The notes under the pieces: generated by a model
Told to the model about the DNA's origin: nothing
Databases searched by the model: none
Seen by the model: only the letters and a program-made list of their open reading frames with translations
NCBI GenBank assembly: GCA_001179505.1
Contig: CDMY01000144.1
Location: 62,001-126,000 of the forward strand
Source of the DNA: Vitrella brassicaformis CCMP3155
Taxonomy: Eukaryota; Protista; Chromerida
DNA: 64,000 nucleotides
Direction of reading: 5' to 3'
Shown: positions 1 through 11,290 of the stretch, piece after piece
Numbering within the stretch: the first letter of the stretch is position 1
How the letters are laid out: the number at the start of each line of letters is the position of its first letter
Position numbers and translations under genes: made by a program

Positions 1-184
1 TTCGACATACTCTACGAACCACCCAAGAGGTCAGCGGATGCCACAGCGTGACAGCCACACCGATCATTTGCATGCTTGATGTTTGTCTGTCCGTCTGCCT
101 GCGTGTATGTGTGTCAGCGTGCTCCCGCGGCGTGCTGCGCCTCTGATGAGTCAGGTGCTGAGCAGAACTGTGATTGCCGACTGA
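1..184 (+). CDS. 3' end of an upstream gene (partial; last two exons, ...FDILYEPPKSVLPRRAAPLMSQVLSRTVIAD*)
   Basis: Open frame 1-29, GT donor at 30, microsatellite-type intron ending CAG at 117, frame continues to TGA at 182-184. Function not recognisable. Confidence 0.35.
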
Positions 185-661
185 CTGACTGACCGGCGGC
201 CGGTCAGTTCGAGTTGAGTTGGAGCTTGAGTCCGTGTACAGTGTGTAATGTACGTGTGTGGTTATCATTCCGGCCTGTGCCGTGTGTTTTATCGACGGAA
301 GACTAGTAAGGCAGGCATATATAGAGAGATGCGCATAAGTATCGTCCTTTGTGTGTGTCAGAGTGACAGATAAACTGAACATCCCATCCCGGTCTCACTC
401 TCAGTCAACCTCACGCTAACACTCAGTCACACTGCCAAGCTCTCACTCACTCACTCACTCACTGACGAACACTCTCCCCCTCCAAATGACCTCCTGTCTC
501 CCCGCCCATGCAAAGCGTCCAAACCCATAGTGACGAAATCTACCAGCAGAGAGGAAGCACAACCGTTGGAACCGATCTCGCGCGTTGTGCGATCTCGTCT
601 AGACTTTTTCTGGTGCTTTTCTCCCCGCCCTGTCTTGTGAAAAAGCAACGCGTGAGCAGCA

Positions 662-1986
662 ATGGCGGCCCAAGATCTTCAAGCGGACATGCTGCTGGAG
701 GGGAGATGGCGTGTGGTGAACCACGTCGGCGGAGGCGCCTGGGGTAAGCAGATCTGATCTACACACGGCAAGCCACAGGGAGGACACTGGATGACCAAAG
801 AGAACTCTTGTCGTCCTATAGAGTCCACAATGACCGTATGTGCCGTCTTTTGTGTGTTGTTGCCTGCAGGCGCTGTGTATGTGGTGCGAGACGAGCACCA
901 GCCGGAGGGCCACCTGCGGGCCATGAAGTACGCAGGCACGGAGAGCGGCAGCGTCAAGGACCTCAACGGCGACTACAACACCCTGACGCAGCTGCAAGGT
1001 ACGGGAGCCAGGAAAAAGTCTGCTGTGCCAACCCCCTATAAGCTCGCGTCTCGTCTCTCTTTTGTGTGTGCTTTGTGCAGGCACCAAGGGCATCTGCAAC
1101 GTGCATGCCCACTACAAGGCTAACGACGCGTGAGCTGAGCACGCAAACGACGGATGGGACTCAAACAATCCAGCGAGATATCGAGTATTCTTCTCTGTGT
1201 GTCCCATCAGCCACCGTCCATTCTTCGTGATGGACCTGCTGGGCGGGGACCTGCTGCGGCTGCGGGAGGCTGCGGGCCGCTTCACCGTGGCCACGACGGC
1301 CAAGATCGGGGTGAGAAAGAGATATAGAGAGCCTTACAAATTTGCATGTATGCGCCAATTGCTATCTGCGTATGTGTGTGTGTGCAGCTTCAAGTCGTGG
1401 ATGTGCTGGAGAAGGTGCACGACGCCGGCTACATCCACCGGCAAGCGGCAAAGAAGACTCCACACATTGTCTGAGTGCTCTTTTCCCTGTCCCTCTGTTT
1501 GTTTCCAACAGCGACATGAAACCCGATAACCTCATGACGGGCAAGGGTGAGTGAGGCATAGACACACAGACGCCAATGGGAAGGAGGGGACACCGGATGT
1601 GTATGTTGTGTTGCATGCAGGCGGCCAGCAGGGTGAGGTGTTTTTGGTGGACTTTGGTCTCGCCAAGAAACACCTCGCCGCCAACGGCCGGTGAGCCCCA
1701 TTCACCAAAACCAAAGAGACACACACGGTCAGACCTTCCTTTGTCTCTTCATGTGTGTCGCTTGCAGCCCCATCAAGGCCCGCAAGGACGCCGTCTGCGC
1801 GGGGACAGCCTACTGGGGCAGCCCCAACGTCCACGCCAAGAGGGATCTAGGCCGCCGGGACGACCTCATCAGCCTCTGGATTGTCCTTCTCGAGATGATG
1901 CTCAACGACCTGCCGTGGGCCAACCGCACCGTAAGGAGAGACGGACACGACACAGAGAGACACACATGCACACGGTGCTTGTTCCT

Positions 1987-2019
<33 letters not shown>

Positions 2020-3237
2020 AGAACCGAGCAGACATCAAGAAGGATAAGAAGGAGCTGTTCGCCAAGGTCGAGGCCCTCCACAACGGCCAAGCCGCCGCCC
2101 CGCCCTTCACGTCCTTCTACCTGCGCCGCGGCCACCAGCCCGCGGACCCGCTGGCTGAGGACCCGCTGCTGAAGGACACGGACGAGCTCGCCAAGGCCAT
2201 GCCACCCCAGATGGTGCGTGTGAGTGAGACAGGAAGGTGCATTGGGCTTCTTGTGTCCCTTGGATTCTCCTGCTCTCCCTGGTGTGTGCAGCGGCAGCTG
2301 TGGGTCGAGCTCAACAGCTACAAGTACGACACCAAGCCCAACTACAGCTACATCCGGTAAGATTGATTGCAAACAAGGCCCACGCACCACTCATTGTCCT
2401 TTCTTTTGGCAGGTCCCTGCTGCAGGACATGTTCGAGGCGTATGCCCATCACCACAAGGACAACTGGGACATCACCAAGGAGTTCGGCCAGGGCCCAGGC
2501 AAGTGGAAGGCCTCCCAGGAGGAGGCCGCCCTCCACCATCCCCTCCCCCCACCCTCGGCCCCTCATTCTCACCCCCACCCGCCCGCAGCTGCTACTGCTG
2601 CAGCAGCCAAGACCAAGGCCAAGCCACGATCCCCCTCCTCGCAAGAACAAAGGCGAGAAGCGGCCTCGGGCTGAGGACGAGGAGGACGAGAACGAGGAGC
2701 GGGCCGGCAAGAGGAGGGTGCGTCGGGAGGTGTCTGCTGTGCCCAAGCCCCGTGGCCGGTCGGTGTCTCCCCCACCCAAGCGCGGCAAGGCAGCGGCGAA
2801 GGCCAAGCAGGTGCGCAAGGCGCCGACGAAGAAGGATCAGCAAGAAGCCCGCCAAGAAGCCGCCAGCCAAGGAGACCGGCAAGAAGGCGAGCGGGAAGAC
2901 CACAAAGCCCGGCAGGAAGACGCCCAAGAAGAAGGTGCAGGCGGCCAAGACGGGTGCGGCAGCCGGTGTAGTGGAGGTCGATGACGAGGTGTCGCCCGGT
3001 GCCCCATCGCCATCCGTGTCGACCAAGAAGCAGCGGGGGAAAGGCGTCGCGGACAAAGTCCGCAAGGCGCCCACCAAGAAAGTGGGCAAGACCAAGAAGG
3101 CGGCTGCCAAGAAGAAGACGACGGCGGCTGCGAAGAAGAAGGTGGTGAGGCGGGCTTCGGCGCCCAAGAAGAAGGCGGCCAGCGCTCCCTCTGCACGGGA
3201 TGTTCGAGCCGAGCGACGCGCCCGCAACAAGGGATGA
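662..3237 (+). CDS. CK1-superfamily (TTBK-like) Ser/Thr protein kinase with Lys/Ala-rich histone-H1-like C-terminal tail
   Basis: Spliced exons give the Gly loop VGGGAWG (ATG 662), RAMKY, FVMDLLG, catalytic HRDMKPDNL, DFGLAK and GRRDDLISLWIVLLEMMLNDLPW, which is CK1/TTBK-type. The basic tail needs two +1 frame changes (near 2635 and 2833). Confidence 0.88.
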
Positions 3238-4096
3238 GGGATAGGGAGGGGGGAGAGAACCGAAAGGGGGCTGGGTATGTGGGGTATTTTGATGTGTGGC
3301 GCAAGCAGGCAGGCAGAAAGAGAGAGAGAGAGGGAGAGAGAGAGGGAAAAGCGGATCGCCAGTTGATGTCGGTCGTTGGGATTTTCCAGTTCCATCAGTG
3401 TGACGTGATTAGGGGGTTGTCTGTGTGCGGGATGGGATGGGAGCAATCGGGCGCAAGAGACACGTACCTCTGCCTGCGCTTTGCGGGATTCTGTGCCGTG
3501 TGTGTGTGTACTTGACATGTGAGAAGTTGGTGCTAAAATGTTTTGAGTGCTGATGATGGAGCTCCTCGGTGTATATTAGGCAGGCAGGCAGGCAGGCAAG
3601 GTAGTCGACGAGATGTCCTGCGACGCAGGCAAAACCATCTGCTTTTTTCAGTCGTTAGCGAGATCATAGGACCACTCGAGGAAGAGACACGTGCCGCTCG
3701 CTGCCTGCGATCTGTGAACTTGTCTGTGTTGTAAGTGTGTATGTGTATGCTTGTGCCTAATTGATGCCCCCCTGACACTATGCTCGTATCAGGTGTGTTG
3801 GTGGATTGACCATAACTATACAATCCATGTCACGAGCAGTCCACATCCTTTTGTCACTGCAACAGCCGCCATTCATTCCATCAAGATGTTCATTCACACC
3901 ATCCAGACCACGCCCGCCACACCCACTGAGCTATACAACAAAGTGACCATCCAACCCTCTCACTGCCCTCTGCCTCTATCTCTGTCTCTTATGTACATGC
4001 ACACACACGAGGAACGCAGTCTCCACTCAGTGTGTTTGCCATGTCAGCCGTGGCTTCGCCAGGCACCCCCCCACCACACCCACCCAATCTTCTCGC

Positions 4097-5477
4097 TCAG
4101 GTGATGGGCAGTTTCTTGGCCTTGCAGTACGCCTTGTAATCGGCCTCCGTGAGTACATACCCCCAGTGTTGCAGCGTCTGCATCACCACACCACACACAG
4201 TCGTCTCTCAGCCAGGATCTCAAGGCCAACACACACACATATGCTCACCCACCTGTCGGATGACGGGTGACACCTGGACGTCGTCGTATCGGGTGCCGCG
4301 CCGGTTGATCTGCCCACACAGCTGAGAACGGAAGCGACCGGTGGGACCCATCACGCCTGAACAGACAGAAGAGCGGCAGCAAGGAGGATGAGGACGTGTG
4401 TGTGTGTGTGTGTGTGTGGAGACAACGTATGTGTGGACGTGTGCGCGTATCCTGCCAGCTCCTCAGGGTCTGTGTGTGTCAGGACCTTTGAATCGGCTGA
4501 TCTGCCGTTTGTCGTCCGAAGATCGCCTCCCGAGGTAAAACCGGCAGTACCTGATAGCGGACACACACAGAGTGTAGCATGGCAATGAAGGGTGTGTCCC
4601 GTGTGTAGTCTGTGTCCGTCCGCCTACCACTGGAACGCGCCGTAAGGGTCCTGCTTCTTGATCCAGCCACTACTCTCCCACTGGTCGAGGCTCTGGCCGC
4701 TGCAATGCACCACACCATCGTGACAGACACGTCCGTCATTCCTGACCCTTTCCCTCTCTGCCTGATAAATACATGCATCCCCCCACTCACCATTTGACGT
4801 CGTACTTGTTCACCTCTTCGCGGTAGGTTTGACTGGTCAGCATCCGGCCTCTGTTCATGCCCTCAAACCACTCCTGAGGGAACTGCAAAGGGCATGCAGG
4901 TGTCAACAAGAGAAAGGTATCAACCAGCAATCACCATCCACCATCCGTGTGTGTCCTCTTCCTCACCTCGGCCAGCACTTGCTTGGGGTCATAGGTTTTG
5001 CCCGTCACGCTGGAGTAAATCGAACGGAAATACGTACCACCTGATGTGGACACACCGACGCCACACATACCGCATCACACTCATACATACCATACACCAG
5101 TTCACTCATCTGTATGCTCTGACCGAATGAGCCGCGCTGCAGCACTTCCGCTGGGGTGAGGTTGGGCTTGAAGTCCGGGTAGTCCTCGAACACTAGCGTG
5201 CCGTCGGGACGCCGCTTCGGTACCGGGGCACGCTCCGCATAGATCTCTGATGAGCCGCAATAACAGGAAACGGATCCCCGTTGCATGCATCGCACATTCC
5301 CCACGCACCTGTGTCGAGTTTGACGCCACGATCCATATGCGATGCAGCAGCAGCAGGAGCAGGAGCAGGAGCGGCCTTCTTCACTCTCGTCTCCTTTTTC
5401 TGGATTGTCTTCGTGACCTTCCCGGCCTCCTGCTGCTTGGCCTTGGGCTTCGGCTTGGCAGCGGCGCCCTTGACCAT
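4097..5477 (-). CDS. Conserved protein of unknown function (FKPNLTP..GSFG / DPYGxFQWYCRFYxGRR family) with Lys/Ala-rich N-terminus
   Basis: Exons give FEDYPDFKPNLTPAEVLQRGSFG, GQSLDQWESSGWIKKQDPYGAFQWYCRFYLGRRSSDDKRQISRFK, GVMGPTGRFRSQL and VSPVIRQTLQHWGYVLTE. These motifs match a widespread uncharacterised family. Stop at 4097-4099. Confidence 0.75.
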
Positions 5478-5624
5478 GAAGACGTGTTGACGGATGCAAA
5501 ACGCCGTCTGGCAGCCTCCAGGCCTCACGCTACAGGGCAGGCTGGTCGACAGAAGGAAACTCCGGTGGACGCAAAGCAGCAACAGAGACCACCTATTCAT
5601 CCATCTATCAACGCTCCCGGATTT

Positions 5625-5655
5625 TGCGAGCTCAGCGCCAACGTCGGTGCGAGCT
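5625..5655. promoter_or_regulatory. Two copies of the candidate upstream motif TGCGAGCT in a divergent promoter
   Basis: TGCGAGCT at 5625-5632 and 5648-5655 between head-to-head ATGs (5477 and 5792). The same 8-mer recurs upstream of other genes in the window. Confidence 0.5.
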
Positions 5656-5791
5656 TAGCAGCAAGGAGAGGCTCAGGCCTTTTCCAGCGTGTGATGCGCT
5701 TGTGGTCTTGAGAATGAAGCTCAAGGAGTCAGATCTATGAGTGATCTTGCTGGGTGGCGAGTTTGAGCCACCCCCTGCGGCACGAGCAGGG

Positions 5792-7097
5792 ATGGTGCGG
5801 CTTGGCCCTCCCCCCAACCGGCTGTCCAGCCATCGGTTTTCCCTCGTCTTCACCGCCATCTGCTCTTTCTTCCTCACCCTCGCCCTGGATCTTTTCGAGC
5901 ACGTCTGTGTCGCCCTGTCAAACAGGCGGTCCGTCGACAACCTCCGGGACCTCAGCAGCCCTGACCGGGCGGCCTTCGTGGCTCCAGCGGCACTCAGGCG
6001 CTTCGGCGGATCAAGACGGCGTGTTTCAGGGCATCGCAGAGCACGGTGGCGGATGGATGACGACTGTGACGTTTTTCTTCTGCCGCTCGACGAGAAGCAG
6101 CGGACCGAGCATTTGAGGTCTCTGTCGAGCGTTCGAGCGTCAGACCTGCTGCTGGCTTCCTCTCTGCTCAATGACCAAAAGCGGCTGCTGCTACGCGCGA
6201 GCCCCTCCAGCACCGCCAGCCCTCCCCATTCCACGATGTTTGACCCCATGGATGAAGAGGAGGCCCAGTACGCGTCAGAAGGACGACACGACACCACCCC
6301 AAGGATGGTGTCGGTCTCGCCACACAGCCGGACGGCTTCATCACCCATACCCCTCCCCTCTGATCCCGACCCCGCTGGCCCTTCGTCGCGTGCCTTTCGT
6401 GAGCGGCTCGAAGAGTCGTGGCAGGCCCAGTCTCACCCATCATCAGCCCCACCCCTCCCCCCCACCCCGTCAGATTGGAGGACCGAATTGGAGCGGCAGC
6501 TCGAGAGAGAGAGGATAGCGCGGGAGGAGAGGGCTCGTGCGGTGCTAGAGGAGCAGCTCGAGAGGGATCGGCGGCGCGAGCAGGGGAGGGCGCAGCGGCT
6601 GCTGCACATCATGGAGAGGGACAAGTGCTCGGCTGAGGAGGCCATACGGAGGCTCGAGGCCATCGAAAAGGCGGAGGCTGAGGCACAGCAGCGGACGGAG
6701 CTTCCCCTGCCCACACAACATCGAGACGATGATGATGACATTGACGTCCTTGACGATGAAGACGAGGAAGATCAGCCGTCGGACATCTCCATTGCCACGA
6801 TGGTGTCGACGGCTGTCACCGAGATCGAGACCCCCACCCAGCCGTCATCACGGCCCCACATGCCACCAGAGGCGAGTGTGCTGTCGGCTGCAGCGGCAGC
6901 CCACGAGATGGACAAGAAACGGAGAAAGAAGGAGCACGTCGAGCGGGGGAGCGTCAACATGACAGCCGATCTGTCCGACTTCACTTCTCGCCATGTGTTT
7001 GAGGATGACGACAGCGTCCGGCTGCTCAACGGCACACTGGTTGATAGAGAGGTCCTGGAGAAGCTCAAGGAAAAGGACGACTTCCTCAGGTCAACCA

Positions 7098-7135
<38 letters not shown>

Positions 7136-9760
7136 TATGTTCGGCTGAGCTGACGATGCATCCATCTCTGTGTGCGTTTGTGTGTGTGTGTGCAGGGAGT
7201 GGGAGAGGCTTCGCGACAGCAAGGGCCTGCGCTCGTTGGAGAGCTGGGCGGAGCTGGTCAACACGACGGTCGACTACCTCAAGGTCATCATCCCCGAGGT
7301 CATGCAGATCCGTGCCCTCCTCCCGCCACAAGAGGCGTCCAAGAAATCACGGAGGAGCATGATCCAAAAGGTCAGCCAGCCTTGACAACTCCTCTGCCAC
7401 CAACCAATCTGCATCTCTCTCTGTGTGTGTGTGCAGGAGCGAGAGGAGTGGAATCTTCTGCGGTCGTCGCGTCGTCTGCGTCGGGTGGAGGATTCGATCA
7501 AGCAGGTGGAGCTGACGCTGGGCCGGCCGCCCACGCGCGTCGAGTGGGGCACGGCCATGGGCTTCATCACCGCTGATGCCAGGGAGGATGGCTATGACAA
7601 GAGACTCAAGGAACAACTGGACTACATGAACAAAGAGGTGCGTTACTGAGTGGGCGTTCGTGTGCATGTACGTTGTGCGGCCTGTCTGTGGTCAGTTGAA
7701 GCGCCTTGAGGACGATGAGGCGGTCGTGATTGGCTGGTTCCACGACCTCGTCAAGAGACTGGCCACGTGAGACGGAAGTACAGATAGGGGGACTGAGAGA
7801 GAGCTCTCTTTGTGTGACCGGCCGGCTCTTCATGGCTGTCTGTGTGCTGTACGTGGCCTGTCAGGCAAGCTGCTTCCAAGCCCCACACCAATCTCGGCTT
7901 CATGGACTTCATGACGGGCGGCCTCGAAGGTATGGAATCCACCTAAAAGTACACCAGACAAAGTCTCTGTCCGCGTGTGGCTGTGTGTGGCACGTGTGTG
8001 TGCAGCTGTGCAGAAGGCAATTCGCGAGGTGCCTCTCGAGAAGATTGAGATGGGCAACCTGCGGCAGCACGTCTACATGGCCATCAAGAACGCACACCTC
8101 GCCCAGGCTACAGAGTTCAGGCAACAGGTACGCAAGCCACTTCAGTCAGCCGCACACGCAAACGACGAGTTCTCATTCTCGTGTGCGTGTGTGTCAGCAA
8201 CATCACGGTGTGCCCGCCCACTACTTCACGCTGGCCAAGAAGGCGAGGGACTACGAGAGGGACGTCAAGAACGAGCAGGGCCGAGTGCCCAACCGTAAGA
8301 GCCGCACACCTCCACGTCTCCCTCCAGCTCACCACATCTCACACCAACCTGTGTCTGTCTGCCTGAACAGACGCTGAGACCGCCAAGGCCCTCGACGTCT
8401 CGCCACAGCTCTTATCGTAAGTAGACCGACGCCACATGCATGACTAAGGCGTCCATTCCTTCATTCATTAACCCCCGTGTGTGTTTGTGTCTTTGCGTGT
8501 GTGGTTGGCGCAGCAAAGTGAGGTCCGAGACGCGGAAGATGCGTGACATGATGCAGGACGTCAAGTTCAAGTCGGACGACGGAACCCCTGAACGGCTCCA
8601 CGAAACACTCGACGTACGCGCGCCAAACCTACCAGCAATCACGAGCCGACGCACCTGGATGACACTATGTTGTGTGATTGATGTGGTTGGTGTGGTTGGT
8701 GTGTCCAGCTGGACCCCGACAACCCCGGCGGGCCTCAGAAGTACCTGGCGGAGGAGCGGCGCTTCCTGCACATGGTGGAGCACCTCATGACGCAGTCGTC
8801 TCTCACCGACATGGAATACAGAGTGGTACGTACGCACTCCCACACGGGTCATGACACTCCCACCCCTCATCCCTCCCTCCCTTGCCTTGCTATGTGGGTC
8901 CAGATGCACATGCGTCTGGGCGTCTCCCGCACCGATCGCCGTGTGCACTCGGCCGAGGACGTCCGGAACGAGCTGGCCATCACACCGAGGGAACTTGCAG
9001 ACATCGAAGCCAACGCTTTCTACAAAATGAGGAAACAGGTGGGTGGTTGTGTAGGAAGAGTGCACAACACCCTAACTAGCACCCAAGACTTGCTAACCGA
9101 GTGTCGTGCGTGTGGTGGCCTTGCACTCCATCCATCCATCTGCAGGAGACGGAGGATGCTTTGGGTGAGGTTGAGCCGCAGGTGCGTGCGCAGGCGTCGT
9201 TCGACCCCGAGATGATGCTGGCGGTGCTCTCGGAGGTGTCGCACATACAGCGCCTGTCCGAACAGCTCATCACACGGGGGGGATTCAGAAACACAAGTGA
9301 GTATGCGATCGTGCACCCAGCACACGACTCACCACAGCCATCAGATTGACGTGTTGCATGTGATGTGTGCGTCTCGGTAGGGGATTTGGACCCCAGTCTC
9401 GACGAGAAGGCGCATATCCACGCGGCGGCCCTGCTGCTCAACCAGTCCAACAAGCCCGCAGCCATCGCTGCACGACGCAAGCTCATGGAGGCCAGAGGCC
9501 ACAAACCTCTCCGTGCCCAGCAGCAGCCCACCCCACCCCCTGTCCCACCCCGCACCCCGACAGCCCACCAGACGCCCCCTCCCCGGCCGCAGCCAAAGCT
9601 CTTCGCGCCGATTCCCGTGGAGCCGGCGAGAGCGGCCAGGCAAGAGGAGCCCCTGCTGGCAAAGGTCAAACGGGAGAGGGCCGAGAAGAAGGGCGGTGGC
9701 AAGAAAGCGGCGAAGCGGAGCACTATGACGTCGGGAAGGAAAAGGACGAAGGCAATCTGA
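5792..9760 (+). CDS. Divergent sigma-70 family RNA polymerase sigma factor, probably plastid-targeted, with long N- and C-terminal extensions
   Basis: About 13 exons. Hydrophobic signal plus AAFVAP transit-like leader. LGRPPTRVEWGTAMG is the algal/cyanobacterial-type segment before region 2. Region 2: HDLVKRLA..NLGFMDFMTGGLEAVQKAIRE. Region 3: VPAHYFTLAKKARDYERDVKNEQGRVPNHAETAKALDVS. Region 4: LTDMEYRVMHMRLGV..SAEDVRNELAITPRELADIEANAFYKMRK. Confidence 0.8.
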
Positions 9761-11290
9761 TGATCTTATGGAGGAGGGATAGTAGGCGGACGAAGGGGTG
9801 TCAGTCTCGTGTGCAGAGAGGGGGGAGGGACGGACGGGCGACGAGACCATGGTTTCCATCTATCCATCCATCCATCCATACTCGTACATAGACACATGTA
9901 CCCACCCACATGCCGGCACGGCATGAATGAGTGCATCTACCTACCTCCCTACCTTTCTACCAGCCTGTCTCTTTATCTCTGTGTGTGTGGTGTGTGCGGG
10001 AGGGGCTATGGGATGGGAGGGGGTATGGGATGGGATGGGATACGAGGGGGAGGTAGGTGAGAGGGCGGTCCATAGCGCACCGGTCCACAACGCTCACGCA
10101 CTCCCTTTTTCTGTCAATCACTCACGCACTCGCTGCCTACCAGCCTGCCTGCCTGCCTGCCTGACCTATGCCTACATCAGCCGAACCCGCCCATGTATAG
10201 CCTGTCGCTCGTCGGTATGGGTGGGTGGTTGCTTGGTTTGTGTGTGTGCAGCCGGCCGGCCGCCGGGCAGGCTAAGCTCTCGTGTGAGGCCGGCCGGTAA
10301 GACACATCAGCGAGGAGAATACTCGCAGAGAGGGCTTTTTGGCGGTGGCTGGCCAACCACAGTTTTTTCCCGCTTTTAAAGCACTCTGAGAGATGAGGAG
10401 GGATGCGTGTGTGTGGGCAAGCAACTGCAATGGAGCTTGGTACCCTGTTTTCGATGTGTTGCGGTTCTCGTGGCTGTCTGTCTGTGTGCGTGTGTGGCGT
10501 GGATTTCAATGGGATTGTCCTGGCCTGGCGAGAATGACGTTGTAATGCTCACTGGGGCACTGACGTGCTGTGCTCCTTTTGCTGCAGCGGGGCGGGGGCT
10601 GCTAATGTGTGTGCGTGTGTTGCTTTCAAACCACTCACTCACTCACCCACTTGTTGTCGATCGTGCAGCCAGCCAGCATCTCTGGCACTGTTGTGCTGTC
10701 CTGTGGTGCCTCCCTCCCTCCCTCCGTCCCTCCCCCCAGCTCACTGTAAACACAGCACTGCACACACCCATACACACACATGTATTGCTGGCTGGCTGGC
10801 TGCACGGCACGGCGCGGCACGCACCTTGGTGCGCGCTCTCTCTCTCTCTGTGGGATTTTCAACGACCTGTGTGTGTGTGTGTGTCCGATTCCGGTCTCTC
10901 TCTTGTGCGTGTTTCTGTCTGGGCATTCCCCTTGAGCACCGTTCCCCTTTGAGAATGGCGCCCGAGGTGGGACTATGACAAGGCGCACGAGAGGCGACCG
11001 ACTGGCACTGACAAGGCAGTTGCCTCTCTGTCTGTCTGTCTCGCTCCGTCAGTATTTGTGTGTGGTGGGGTGGTGGTGGTATGTGCAGATGGCACACAAT
11101 GACGATGGATGAATGGATGGACGAATGGATGATGACCCCTACATTGCAATCAGTTGTCGTGTCTCTCTATTCACCGGCCACTGAAAGTCATCCCCACGTT
11201 GGCGGATCCGTAAATGCGCTTCTGCGCGTGGGCGGCCGCGGCCAGAGCTAAGAGTTCTCGTTGGCTTGACGGCTGCCGCAGCTGGTCCTT

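Noticed and set aside
2625-2840. Programmed ribosomal frameshifting in the kinase
   Set aside because: No stop-codon-stimulated shift site or obvious stimulatory structure. Single-base indels in homopolymer-like context are simpler, so it is reported only as something to check.
2592-3518. 308-aa minus-strand ORF opposite the kinase tail (and many similar long antisense ORFs across the window)
   Set aside because: These are shadows of codon-biased, GC-rich coding sequence on the other strand. They have no splice signals or motifs of their own.
10376-11100. Cys-rich and hydrophobic-looking ORFs (e.g. 10407-10952)
   Set aside because: The composition comes from (GT)n, (CT)n and (CA)n microsatellites. 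No coherent exon chain was found.
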